Positions 54,688 to 63,747 of a stretch of 64,000 nt of DNA are shown here, piece after piece (within the stretch, counting starts at the first letter, position 1; the number at the start of each line of letters is the position of its first letter). The notes beneath the pieces are model-generated. The model saw only the letters and a program-made list of their open reading frames with translations. It did not search any database and was not told the DNA's origin. The DNA comes from an uncultured Candidatus Saccharibacteria bacterium (lineage in GTDB: Bacteria > Patescibacteriota > Doudnabacteria > UBA920). Position numbers and translations under genes: made by a program. Location of the stretch: contig CAZEKH010000004.1 of the NCBI GenBank assembly GCA_964512925.1, positions 72,392-136,391 on the forward strand. The letters run 5' to 3'.

Positions 54688-55179
54688 ATGATCCTCCCAA
54701 TCCTTACATACCCAAACGACATCTTAAGAAAACCGACTGAGCCGGTGAGTTTTCCTTTGTCTTCAGAGATGAAGAAACTCACCAAAGATATGATAGAAAC
54801 AGTCAGGAAAGCGGACGGCATTGGTCTTGCCGCTCCGCAGGTTGGAAAGTCGGTTAAGCTGATAGTGGTGAATTTGGAAAAATCGGAAATACCTCTGTTT
54901 CCTCTATATAATCCAAAAGTAGTAAGCAAAGGCGGAAAAAAGATTGAGATTGAAGAAGGCTGTTTGTCCATCCCCGGAGTTTTTGGTATGGTTAAACGGC
55001 CAAAAAAAGTGACCATAGAAGCGCAAAATATGAAAGGCGAAACCATAACTTTTACGGACGAGGGTTGGGTGTCTCGGGTTTGTCAGCACGAGATAGACCA
55101 CATAAATGGGATTTTAATAATTGATTTAATAAAAAAATATACTAAAGGGGAAGAGGTTGTTAGAGAGTTAGAGAGTTAG
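54688..55179 (+). CDS. def: Peptide deformylase
   Basis: GIGLAAPQVG, EGCLSIPG and QHEIDH motifs. Confidence 0.9.
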   Translation: MILPILTYPNDILRKPTEPVSFPLSSEMKKLTKDMIETVRKADGIGLAAPQVGKSVKLIVVNLEKSEIPLFPLYNPKVVSKGGKKIEIEEGCLSIPGVFGMVKRPKKVTIEAQNMKGETITFTDEGWVSRVCQHEIDHINGILIIDLIKKYTKGEEVVRELES

Positions 55180-55211
55180 AGAGTAATTCCGAATTTGTTT
55201 TTCAAATATAT

Positions 55212-55748
55212 ATGAAGTTTATAAAAGATTTACTTTTTTTTGAAATAAATACTACTGGACAGGATAGCGACAAAGACAGCATACTGCAGCTGTCTGCTGT
55301 TTTGCTGGATAAGGATAATTTGCTGGAAAAATCCGTTTTTAATTCTTATGTCAGAGTTAGTTATATGGACAATGTAATGGCTCAGCATGCCAAGCTCCTT
55401 TCTGTCCGGGTAGAAGAAATAAAAAAAGCCCAAAAGATTTATGAAGTTGTCAAATTGTTTCAAAAGAAATTTTCCACGCCCTTGCTTTTAGCGTCAAATT
55501 CTTCGGGCAACATCTTGTTTTTAAAAAACGCCTTTAAAAAGTCGGCTGTGCCGTTTGATTTTGATCCGCATATTTTGGACTTATGGACATTGGGCTATGT
55601 TTATACGCTCAATGCCGGGATGAAAAAGATGCCGGCTTTCAGCACTTTTGTGGACTATTTTAGGTTAAGACAAGAAAATCCGTTTAATGCTTTGGAAAAA
55701 GTCAGGCTGGGCGCTGAAATATTTAGAAGAATAGTTAAAGAAGTTTAG
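55212..55748 (+). CDS. DnaQ-like exonuclease-fold paralogue with degenerate catalytic motifs (probably inactive)
   Basis: FFEINTTG replaces DxE, and there is no C-terminal H-x4-D. Confidence 0.45.
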   Translation: MKFIKDLLFFEINTTGQDSDKDSILQLSAVLLDKDNLLEKSVFNSYVRVSYMDNVMAQHAKLLSVRVEEIKKAQKIYEVVKLFQKKFSTPLLLASNSSGNILFLKNAFKKSAVPFDFDPHILDLWTLGYVYTLNAGMKKMPAFSTFVDYFRLRQENPFNALEKVRLGAEIFRRIVKEV

Positions 55749-55793
55749 ATTATTAATGATTGAATCTACGTACTTACTAAAAAAATTCAGATT

Positions 55794-55873
55794 GTCATTC
55801 CCGCGCAGGCGGGAATCTTGTTTAAACAATACAACTAAACTAATCAGTTTTTCGGCTCTTGGGCCGGAATGAC
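55794..55873. repeat. Intergenic inverted repeat GTCATTCC ... GGAATGAC with an internal hairpin ATTCCCGC-GCAG-GCGGGAAT
   Basis: 8-bp terminal IR and 8-bp internal stem. Confidence 0.6.
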
Positions 55874-55910
55874 AGCAAGTGCGTAAGTCCTAAAAATATT
55901 TAATAAATTT

Positions 55911-56471
55911 ATGAATTTTAACAAAGATATTTTACTTATTGACTTGGAGATGACGGGGTTGGATTTTAGAAACAATGAGATAATCCAGCTCTCAGCCATA
56001 CTTTTGGATAAAAAAACTTTGAAAGAAAAAGCTTGGTTTAACTCTTATGTCAAACCCCGAAACTGGAAAAGTCGTGATCCGGAGTCGATGAAAATCAACG
56101 GGCTTAAATGGGAGATTTTAAAAGAAGCTGCTGATCTAAAACCAGTTTTGGTTTCCTTCATAAAAAAATTCAAGCCTAACCAGGTTATACTCGCTAACTA
56201 TGGCGGGATAATGGACATAACTTTTTTACAAGAAGCTTTTAAAAAAAGTAAGATGAAATGGCCTTTTGATTACCATATATTCAACCTTTGGCCGGTATTT
56301 TTTCAGTATTTGGCGCAAAAAAACCAACTAAGAAACAGTAAAAAATTTACTGGTTTTACTTTGGAAGATTTGATGAAAAGATTTGGCATTAGTTCAGAAA
56401 ACCGCCACGACGGTCTCTCCGACTGCCGCGTAGAGGCTGAAGTGCTGAGGAGAATAGTAAAATCCAAATAA
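55911..56471 (+). CDS. DEDDh 3'-5' exonuclease (DnaQ/oligoribonuclease-like)
   Basis: Exo I LIDLEMTGL; Exo III HDGLSD. Confidence 0.6.
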   Translation: MNFNKDILLIDLEMTGLDFRNNEIIQLSAILLDKKTLKEKAWFNSYVKPRNWKSRDPESMKINGLKWEILKEAADLKPVLVSFIKKFKPNQVILANYGGIMDITFLQEAFKKSKMKWPFDYHIFNLWPVFFQYLAQKNQLRNSKKFTGFTLEDLMKRFGISSENRHDGLSDCRVEAEVLRRIVKSK

Positions 56472-56548
56472 ATTCCCTTTTAAGTGATAAAAAAACGTGG
56501 TGGATAAATAAAGTTTTAAATATATAGAAACATAACCTCTCTCTAACT

Positions 56549-56567
56549 CTCTCCAAGTATTGGAGAG
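56549..56567 (+). promoter_or_regulatory. Conserved hairpin CTCTCCAAG-TA-TTGGAGAG immediately upstream of fmt (same element as at rplK)
   Basis: 18 of 19 nt identical to 30480-30498. Confidence 0.5.
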
Positions 56568-56577
56568 AGAAACTATA

Positions 56578-57522
56578 ATGAAATCTATGAGAATTGTTTT
56601 TTTTGGCACATCAAATGTGGCTTTACCGGTTTTGGAAAATCTTTCCCGCCAGCACGAGATTGTTGCTGTGGTAACCAGGCCGGACGCAAAAGTCGGCAGG
56701 AGCCAGGAACTTTCCGAAAGCCCTGTTTCGGTTTTGGCCAATGAGATGAAAATCAAAGTTCTAAAACCTGAGATGGTAAAAAATAACAATATTTTCAGGC
56801 TGGAACTTCAGGATTTAAACGCTGATATTTTTGTCGTGGTTTCTTATGGGCATATTTTGCCTTTGGAAATAATCAATATACCGAGGCTAAAAACTTTGAA
56901 TGTGCATTTTTCTTTGCTTCCCAAATACCGCGGCGCCTCCCCTATTCAGGCCGCGCTTTTAAACGGAGAGACCGAAACAGGCACCAGCATATTTATTTTA
57001 GACGAAAAGATGGACAGAGGACCCATCCTCAGGCAGGAAAAAATCGCCATTGATCCAGACGACAACTTTTTGTCTTTGTCGGAAAAGCTGGCTGCCCTTT
57101 CGGGAAAAATAATTGTTGACACTATTTATCACTACGACAACGGCGATATTAAACCAATTTTTCAGGACGAAAATTCGGCCACCTATTGTAAGACCTTATC
57201 CAAAGCCGATGGCAAGATAGACTGGTCAAAAACGGCTTTGGAAATCTATAACCAGTTTAGGGCATTTTTCCCTTGGCCAGGAGTTTGGACAGAGTGGAAT
57301 AAAAAGAAGGTTAAAGTGCTTGAATGCATTGCTACAAATCCAGATACTATTAAAGCCACAAATGCCTACGAATTTGGCCAGGTGCTGGAAAATGGAGCGG
57401 TGCTTTGCGGGCAAAATACATTTTTACAAATCAATTCGCTTCAGCTAGAGGGAAAAAAAGAAACAAAAATCGCTGACTTTTTAAACGGCTACTCGGATTT
57501 CGTAGGAAGCAAACTAAACTAA
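56578..57522 (+). CDS. fmt: Methionyl-tRNA formyltransferase
   Basis: MRIVFFGTS...HFSLLPKYRGASPIQ. Confidence 0.9.
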   Translation: MKSMRIVFFGTSNVALPVLENLSRQHEIVAVVTRPDAKVGRSQELSESPVSVLANEMKIKVLKPEMVKNNNIFRLELQDLNADIFVVVSYGHILPLEIINIPRLKTLNVHFSLLPKYRGASPIQAALLNGETETGTSIFILDEKMDRGPILRQEKIAIDPDDNFLSLSEKLAALSGKIIVDTIYHYDNGDIKPIFQDENSATYCKTLSKADGKIDWSKTALEIYNQFRAFFPWPGVWTEWNKKKVKVLECIATNPDTIKATNAYEFGQVLENGAVLCGQNTFLQINSLQLEGKKETKIADFLNGYSDFVGSKLN

Positions 57523-57529
57523 ATTAAAA

Positions 57530-57570
57530 CAATGTCAAGGGTGACCCTTGACATTGTTGCTTTTTGATTT
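57530..57570 (+). terminator. Rho-independent terminator after fmt
   Basis: CAATGTCAAGGG-TG-ACCCTTGACATTG followed by a T-rich tail. Confidence 0.7.
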
Positions 57571-57584
57571 GTTTTTGATTTGCT

Positions 57585-57650
57585 AAAGACTAATCACTAA
57601 AGTCTAAATTCTAAGCACTAAAGACTAACCACTAAACTTTAAAGACTATT
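57585..57650. repeat. Degenerate tandem repeats of CACTAAAGNCTAA
   Basis: cactaaagtctaaattctaagcactaaagactaaccactaaac. Confidence 0.6.
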
Positions 57651-58551
57651 TCAAATATCTATTTTTATTTGCGACGTGTTCTTCAAAAGTTTTTGAGTAA
57701 ACAGGCTCGCCTGAAGGCTGTTTATGCAGAAAATAGTAGTAATCGGTTTTTTTTGAGTTTAGAACCGCGTTTATGGAAGAAAGCGAGGGGCTACAGATAG
57801 GACCGGGAGGCAGGCCGGGGTTAAGGTAAGTGTTATAAGGCGATTTAATTTTTAAGTCCTCAAGTAGCGGAGCAGGGTCATTTTTTCCCGTTATGTAGTT
57901 GATGGTGGCGTCGGACTGAAGAGGTATTTTTGCTTTAAGCCTGTTTAAAAATATTCCCGCCACAATTTGTCTTTCTTCGTCTAACCGTAACTTGCTTTCC
58001 GGGGATACTGCGTTGCGGCCGGTTTCGTTTTCTACAACAGACGCCAATACCAAGACTTCATAGGGTGTATAGCCTATTGTTTGGGCCTTTTGTACCATTT
58101 CCGGACTGAATTTTTTATAGAAATTCGCCAGGGATTTGCTGATGATTTCCTCAGCGGTTTGTTTTTGGTTAAAGCTTTCGGGCTTAAAAATGCGGTAAGT
58201 GTCAGGATATAAAAACCCTTCCAAATCCGCGGTTTTGGGTTTTTGGTAGATGCTGAATTTGTCAGAAAGGTTGTAGGAGTCTTGTAAAACTAAAAAATCT
58301 TTTGCCGAAACAAGTTTTTCTTTTTCCAGATAGTTGGCAATATCTTTTATACCCCAGCCTTCGATAAGTGTTACGCTGACTTCTTCTTTTTTTAAATTCT
58401 TTGCCGCTTCAATGGCTTTCAGCCTGTCGGCTTTTTGTTTCTGATAGCGAAAAAAACCGCTGGCTAAAGCGGCTCCAAGAATTGCTATAAATATTATTAG
58501 AAATATATTTTTAAGTTTTGACATTTCTGAAATTTTGGCAATTATGTTCAA
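57646..58551 (-). CDS. mltG: Endolytic murein transglycosylase MltG (YceG-like)
   Basis: N-terminal TM segment and a YceG core. Confidence 0.8.
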   Translation of the reverse strand: MNIIAKISEMSKLKNIFLIIFIAILGAALASGFFRYQKQKADRLKAIEAAKNLKKEEVSVTLIEGWGIKDIANYLEKEKLVSAKDFLVLQDSYNLSDKFSIYQKPKTADLEGFLYPDTYRIFKPESFNQKQTAEEIISKSLANFYKKFSPEMVQKAQTIGYTPYEVLVLASVVENETGRNAVSPESKLRLDEERQIVAGIFLNRLKAKIPLQSDATINYITGKNDPAPLLEDLKIKSPYNTYLNPGLPPGPICSPSLSSINAVLNSKKTDYYYFLHKQPSGEPVYSKTFEEHVANKNRYLK

Positions 58552-58557
58552 TTTTAT

Positions 58558-59001
58558 TTAATTTTGCGCAATTATTTTGACCCACACTTCCCTGTTTCTG
58601 CCGCCGTCCAGCTCTACGAAAAATACGGTTTGTTTTGCTCCTAACAAAATATCGCCTTTTTCAATGATCAAATTTTCCGAGTTTCCCAGTAAAAACGCTT
58701 TGACGTGGGCGTGGCCGTTGGAGCGCTCGTTGACCGCCACATTTAGCCTGACTTCAAACAAGTCGTGACTGTAACTGGTATCCAGCGGCACTGTGCGGTA
58801 TAACATCTTCATAAAATCCTGAACCAGCAAAGTTTCGTTGTTGTTGATGCGGATAGCTCCGGTGGTATGCGGACAAAAAACCGTTACAATCCCCTCTTTC
58901 ACCCCGCTGTCTATAACAAATTTGCGGATATGGTTGGTTATATCCACCATCTCAAACTGCTTTTTGGTTTCAAGAAAGATTTTATTTACTGGTTTGCTCA
59001 T
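58558..59001 (-). CDS. yjbQ: YjbQ/UPF0047 family protein
   Basis: VFCPHTTGAI signature. Confidence 0.8.
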   Translation of the reverse strand: MSKPVNKIFLETKKQFEMVDITNHIRKFVIDSGVKEGIVTVFCPHTTGAIRINNNETLLVQDFMKMLYRTVPLDTSYSHDLFEVRLNVAVNERSNGHAHVKAFLLGNSENLIIEKGDILLGAKQTVFFVELDGGRNREVWVKIIAQN

Positions 59002-59029
59002 GATTATATTATATCATAAATAATAATAC

Positions 59030-59055
59030 AAAACCCCGCTTTATGGCGGGGTTTT
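59030..59055. terminator. Bidirectional terminator AAAACCCCGC-TTTATG-GCGGGGTTTT
   Basis: Perfect 10-bp stem. Confidence 0.7.
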
Positions 59056-59083
59056 ACAAATCTATTAAATAGTCAGCGGAATT

Positions 59084-59356
59084 TTACAGGATTGCGTCTT
59101 TGGCGGCTTTGAGAACGCGGAATTTGATAACGGTTTTAGCAGGGATTGAGATGCTTTCGCCGGTTGCTGGGTTTCGTCCCATTCTGGCCGGGCGGTGCTT
59201 TTTCAAAAGTTTGCCAAGTCCCGGGATGGTGAATTCGCCTTCTTTTTTGGTAACTGTGTAAGCCATATTGGCTAAAGCATCCATAAACTCACCAGCTTGT
59301 TTTCTGGTTACGCCAAGTTTTTCGGCGAGAGCTTGGAGCATTTCTGACTTTGTCAT
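59084..59356 (-). CDS. hup: Nucleoid protein HU
   Basis: MTKSEMLQALAEK...GRNPATGE. Confidence 0.9.
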   Translation of the reverse strand: MTKSEMLQALAEKLGVTRKQAGEFMDALANMAYTVTKKEGEFTIPGLGKLLKKHRPARMGRNPATGESISIPAKTVIKFRVLKAAKDAIL

Positions 59357-59555
59357 TTGTTTGTGTCCTTTTTACCCCTTATATTTGTTAAGGAGTATAA
59401 ATAATTTTTTTAACTTGTAATTTAATATTAACAGAAAACCCAATAAAATCAAGTGATTTTAAGAGAAAGTGAGAAAAATTTGCAATTTTTAGTTTTCAAT
59501 TTTCAAAAGACAATAATTTCAGCTTAAATATGAGAAAAAATATATAAAATATTTT

Positions 59556-60650
59556 TTAAAGTATTAGCATTCCATCGCCAAAAGAGAAGAAACGCATCTG
59601 TTTTTCCATAGCTTTTTGATAGATATCCAATAGTTTTTTTCTTCCAACCAATGCCGAAACCAACATCATTAGACTGCTTTTTGGCACGTGGAAATTGGTT
59701 ATAAGCCCGTCTATGAGTTTAAATTCATACGGCGGGTAGATAAACAAGTCGGTTGTACCAGAGAGTTTTTTTGTTTGGGCGTAGGATTCAAGAGTGCGAA
59801 GGCTGGTCGTGCCTACAGCAAAAATGGGACGTTTTTGTTTTTTAGCTTTTACGATGAATTCAATAGTTTTTGGGTCAATGAAATACTGTTCGGTATGTAG
59901 CTTGCCGGTTTTGAGTTGCTTTGGCGTTAATGGAGCAAAAGTTCCTAGCGATACGTCGAGGCGGACAAACTTTATGACTATCCCCTGCTTTTTCAAGTCG
60001 GTTAAAAGTTTTTTTGTAAAATGCAAAGAAGCGGTGGGGGCGGCTACGGACTCTCCAGTTTTGGCAAAAACAGTTTGGTACGCTTTCTGTTTTTGTTTTT
60101 CAGTCAAAGGTGAATGCTTAATATACGGAGGCAATGGTGTTTGGCCGTATTTTTTCAGGATTTGCGGGAATTGTTTTATGTCAAAATTAGGTTTTAAAAA
60201 ATAAGTTCCCCCGTCTTTTTTAACGACTGTCAATGACAAAATTTTACGGCTTTTTGAGCTTTTGATTGGAATAGTTAGGATAGAATTTAAAGTAAGTTTT
60301 TTGTTTGAAAGAGCTTTGATCATACCTCCCCTAACCCCAGCCCGACGAGTTCGTTCTGGCGGGCCTCCTTGATAAGGAGGGGAAAATAAAATGGTACCTA
60401 AATACAATAGCTCCACTTTTCCGCCGGTTGGTTTTAAAACAGGCAAACGGGCTGGTAAAACTCTGGTTTGATTGAACACTAAAATCGCGTTTTTCGGCAG
60501 ATATTTTCCAAGATTTTTAAAAATGTCAAAAGATAGGGTTTCATTTTTGCGGTCATATACCAAAACCCTCGCGCTATCGCGAGGATGGGTCGGTTTTTGG
60601 GCTATGAGTTCTGGGGAAATTTCGTAATTAAAATCTTCTGTTTTTATCAT
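59556..60650 (-). CDS. queA: S-adenosylmethionine:tRNA ribosyltransferase-isomerase QueA
   Basis: Typical QueA N-terminus. Contains a GC-rich in-frame insert (SPPYQGGPPERTRRAGVRGG). Confidence 0.9.
   Translation of the reverse strand: MIKTEDFNYEISPELIAQKPTHPRDSARVLVYDRKNETLSFDIFKNLGKYLPKNAILVFNQTRVLPARLPVLKPTGGKVELLYLGTILFSPPYQGGPPERTRRAGVRGGMIKALSNKKLTLNSILTIPIKSSKSRKILSLTVVKKDGGTYFLKPNFDIKQFPQILKKYGQTPLPPYIKHSPLTEKQKQKAYQTVFAKTGESVAAPTASLHFTKKLLTDLKKQGIVIKFVRLDVSLGTFAPLTPKQLKTGKLHTEQYFIDPKTIEFIVKAKKQKRPIFAVGTTSLRTLESYAQTKKLSGTTDLFIYPPYEFKLIDGLITNFHVPKSSLMMLVSALVGRKKLLDIYQKAMEKQMRFFSFGDGMLIL
60324..60382. repeat. GC-rich hairpin element (CCTCCTT-GAT-AAGGAGG plus flanking GC-rich sequence) inserted in-frame in queA
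   Basis: GC far above the gene background; perfect 7-bp stem. Confidence 0.5.
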
Positions 60651-60656
60651 ACAAGT

Positions 60657-61190
60657 TTAGTAGTCTTGTTGCTTGGAAAAATCCACATTTCTAATTTTTT
60701 GAATTGTAGTTTTTAGGTTTGAAATATAATCATTTATATTCACTTTGGATTGAGAAATATAGAGATTATATAAAATACTCTTAACTCTCAATGTTTGAGG
60801 ATGGTCAGGGTTTTGAGCATAAGAATTTAAAATTTGAAAAAAATCCGCCAAGAGTTTTTTTAGCTTATCGATTTGCTCATCTATATTTTTTGGTATAACT
60901 ACTCCTTGCTTTCTTTCAATGAAATCAATCCCAAGATTCTGACCTATAGCTGTTTGAATTGCTTGTTCTTCAGAAAATCGGCTGCTAGTTAAGGTTTTGT
61001 AGAATGTATTAAAAGCCGTTGCTTCAATTGAATTACCAGGCTGGTGTATAAAATTTGCGCAATTTAGTAGAAGTGTTTCAATCCTTGGTATTAGTCTTTC
61101 TAGTTCAAAAGCTAGCATTTCCAGTCTATTTTTGTTATTTTCAGGTTTGGAAAAAAATGATCTTAGTCTTTCAAAATTAGGTCTGAACAT
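60657..61190 (-). CDS. Hypothetical protein (177 aa)
   Basis: Intact ORF. Confidence 0.4.
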   Translation of the reverse strand: MFRPNFERLRSFFSKPENNKNRLEMLAFELERLIPRIETLLLNCANFIHQPGNSIEATAFNTFYKTLTSSRFSEEQAIQTAIGQNLGIDFIERKQGVVIPKNIDEQIDKLKKLLADFFQILNSYAQNPDHPQTLRVKSILYNLYISQSKVNINDYISNLKTTIQKIRNVDFSKQQDY

Positions 61191-61199
61191 ATGTTTATA

Positions 61200-62057
61200 T
61201 TAATGTAATATTATTTTTACTACTTCCACCAAGCCCCAAATAGCGAGGCCTAGGAAAGCTAAAGTGCCGAGAAAAGAAATCCAGGAGTTTTTTACAAGTT
61301 TGACTGTTTTAGCAGGGTTTAAAAAAAGAGCAATATTTAAAAGCGTATGAGCGCCTATAACTCCAATGCTAAATCCGAGCACATTGACTATGGAAAAGAG
61401 CGGCACATAGCCGGCAAAGTCGTCTAAACCCAGTATAAAAGGAACAGTAAAAGAAAAAAAGAGTAACTTTTTCCAAGGCAAGGCGGATGAGCCTTTCATC
61501 TTTTCTCCCAAATCCGGCAAAACCTTTGAAAGTATCGGCCTGATATATTTTAAAAGAGAGCTTAAAAACTTGTCTAAACCTAAAAATATATATTTTTTAA
61601 ACTTTCCTTCCGCTTGCCAATTGGAAAAATGTTCCAGTCCTGAGTAAGCTAGCTCAAAGAGCACCAAAGAAGCGATAAGAACCATTATTGCCAAAAGCCA
61701 TTCAATTTCTTTGAAAAATGTCCAAACTATCAAAATAATTGCCGTGCCGAGGGCGTTGCCCACGGCTGTGCCGATTTCTATGGCTACGCGATTTTTCCAG
61801 CCTGGGTTTGTTGCCATCAGCCTGCCCATAAAAATGGCAAAGTCTACGGCCGTTTTAAGATAAATGGTTCCGCCTATCAGGATATCGTACCAACGGATTT
61901 GTAAAAGAATATCCTGTCCCCGGGTAATCCCGTTTAAGCCTAAAACAGTTAAGGTTAAAAGCCCTGTTAATACAAAAAAAACCACCACTGTCATACTTAA
62001 TGGTATAACTTGGCTATACAGAAAAGGTTCGTTGGTTTTTTGGGCAGGGTTTTGCAT
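61200..62057 (-). CDS. Polytopic integral membrane protein (TerC/DUF475-like)
   Basis: 7-8 TM segments. Confidence 0.4.
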   Translation of the reverse strand: MQNPAQKTNEPFLYSQVIPLSMTVVVFFVLTGLLTLTVLGLNGITRGQDILLQIRWYDILIGGTIYLKTAVDFAIFMGRLMATNPGWKNRVAIEIGTAVGNALGTAIILIVWTFFKEIEWLLAIMVLIASLVLFELAYSGLEHFSNWQAEGKFKKYIFLGLDKFLSSLLKYIRPILSKVLPDLGEKMKGSSALPWKKLLFFSFTVPFILGLDDFAGYVPLFSIVNVLGFSIGVIGAHTLLNIALFLNPAKTVKLVKNSWISFLGTLAFLGLAIWGLVEVVKIILH

Positions 62058-62065
62058 ATTGAGAT

Positions 62066-63229
62066 TTAAAAATATTTTTTATCTTTTAACTTCTCAGGCA
62101 GAAAGCTGGCGGATTGGTCATCGGAAGAACCATATCCCAGATCTTTCATCAGTTGGGTCGGGGCATTCCTTATATGAAGGGGTACGGGAAGATTGCTGAA
62201 ATTTTTGACGTCAGCCTGGGCTGCGCGAAGAGCGTCATAAGCAGAGCGGTCTTTTTTGCAGTTTGCCAGGTAAGCGGCGCCGTGGCTGAGGTTTATGGCG
62301 CATTCGGGGTAGCCGATTTTTTCACAGGCCGCAAAAACCGCAGTAGCAACCACCAAAGCAGTAGGCTGTGCCAGTCCGATGTCTTCTGAAGCAAATATTA
62401 CCATTCTTCTGGCGATAAATAAAGGGTCTTCGCCGGATTCCACCATTCTCGTCAGATAGTAGATTGCGGCATCTGTTTGTCCCGCGCGCATAGATTTGAT
62501 GAAAGCAGAAATAGTGTTGTAATGTTCTTCTCCGGCTTTGTCGTATCGCAAAGTTTTTGACTGTAAGGTTTGTTTGAGATTTTCAAGAGTGACAGACCCG
62601 TACAGGCTGATACAATTTTCCAACATTGACAAAACTTGCCTGGCATCCCCTCCTGACATTGACACTAGCCACTGTTTTTCACCCTCTCCGATATCGGAGA
62701 GGGTTGGGGTGAGGTTACGGATAGCATTATTTATTATTTCTCCAATTTCTTCCTCATTTAACTCATTTAGCACAAAAACCCTGCAGCGGGACAAAAGCGC
62801 GGGGATGACTTCAAAGCTCGGGTTTTCCGTGGTTGCGCCGATCGAAGTCAGCTCGCCAGACTCTACATAAGGCAAAAGGAAATCCTGCTGAGCTTTGTTA
62901 AAACGGTGGATTTCGTCCAGAAAAAGAATCTTGGGTGTATTGGACAGATAAGACTCATTGGACTTATAAGATTTATTTTCAATTATTTTCCTGATATCTT
63001 CTTTCCCAGCGCTGACTGCGGAGAGTTCAAAAAATTCAGCATTCAGTGCTTTTGCATATATCCTCGCCAGGGTGGTTTTGCCCACGCCCGGCGGTCCCCA
63101 CAGCAAAAAACTAAACAAATGTTTTTGTTCTATGGCTTTTCTTATGGGTCCGTCCTCCCCTACCAAATGCTTTTGACCAATATAATCTTCAAGGGTTTGG
63201 GGTCTGAGTTGTTGCGCTAGTGGCTGCAT
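62066..63229 (-). CDS. rarA: Replication-associated recombination protein RarA/MgsA (AAA+)
   Basis: Walker A GPPGVGKTT, Walker B LFLDEIH and a GGDAR arginine finger. Contains the in-frame palindromic element. Confidence 0.85.
   Translation of the reverse strand: MQPLAQQLRPQTLEDYIGQKHLVGEDGPIRKAIEQKHLFSFLLWGPPGVGKTTLARIYAKALNAEFFELSAVSAGKEDIRKIIENKSYKSNESYLSNTPKILFLDEIHRFNKAQQDFLLPYVESGELTSIGATTENPSFEVIPALLSRCRVFVLNELNEEEIGEIINNAIRNLTPTLSDIGEGEKQWLVSMSGGDARQVLSMLENCISLYGSVTLENLKQTLQSKTLRYDKAGEEHYNTISAFIKSMRAGQTDAAIYYLTRMVESGEDPLFIARRMVIFASEDIGLAQPTALVVATAVFAACEKIGYPECAINLSHGAAYLANCKKDRSAYDALRAAQADVKNFSNLPVPLHIRNAPTQLMKDLGYGSSDDQSASFLPEKLKDKKYF
62681..62714. repeat. Palindromic element ACCCTCTCC-GATATC-GGAGAGGGT-TGGGGTGAGG in-frame inside rarA
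   Basis: Encodes TPTLSDIGEG just upstream of the GGDAR motif; same family as 42213-42247. Confidence 0.65.
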
Positions 63230-63295
63230 ATATTTTAGTATAACAAAAAACCCGCATAGGTGTGTACCTGGGCGGGTTTAGGGTTTATGGTTGCA

Positions 63296-63679
63296 TTAGA
63301 ACCAGAAAGAAGAGATAAACATTGAGTGGATTATGAGCACGGCGCCAAGCAGCCCCATATTTTTCGCAAACTGAACTTGCTCCATCATTTTTTTAGTTGG
63401 GTCGGTTTCTTTCCAGAAAGCGTGCATCATAAAAGTTACTGGAACTAAAAACAAAACCAGCGCCAAAGTTCCTAAACGCACGTATTCACCGAGCAGGATG
63501 GAAGCTCCGCCTAGTAAGAGTAAAACACCGCTGGCTAAAACCGCCTGCTTTGGTTGAGGTACGCCTTTAAAGTGGGTATAACCTGACAAGCTTTCGAGGT
63601 TTGCAAAATGGTTGTAGGCGTTGTATAGAAAATATCCGCCCAGCAAAATTCTGCCTAGTAACATTATATCTGCTGACAT
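63296..63679 (-). CDS. doxX: DoxX family membrane protein
   Basis: LLGRILLGGYFL... Confidence 0.75.
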   Translation of the reverse strand: MSADIMLLGRILLGGYFLYNAYNHFANLESLSGYTHFKGVPQPKQAVLASGVLLLLGGASILLGEYVRLGTLALVLFLVPVTFMMHAFWKETDPTKKMMEQVQFAKNMGLLGAVLIIHSMFISSFWF

Positions 63680-63747
63680 ATGTTGATTTGTTTCTTGTCT
63701 TTTTAAGACAGTTAGTTGATGTTAAATTTTTTTAGAAGTTGGCATTT

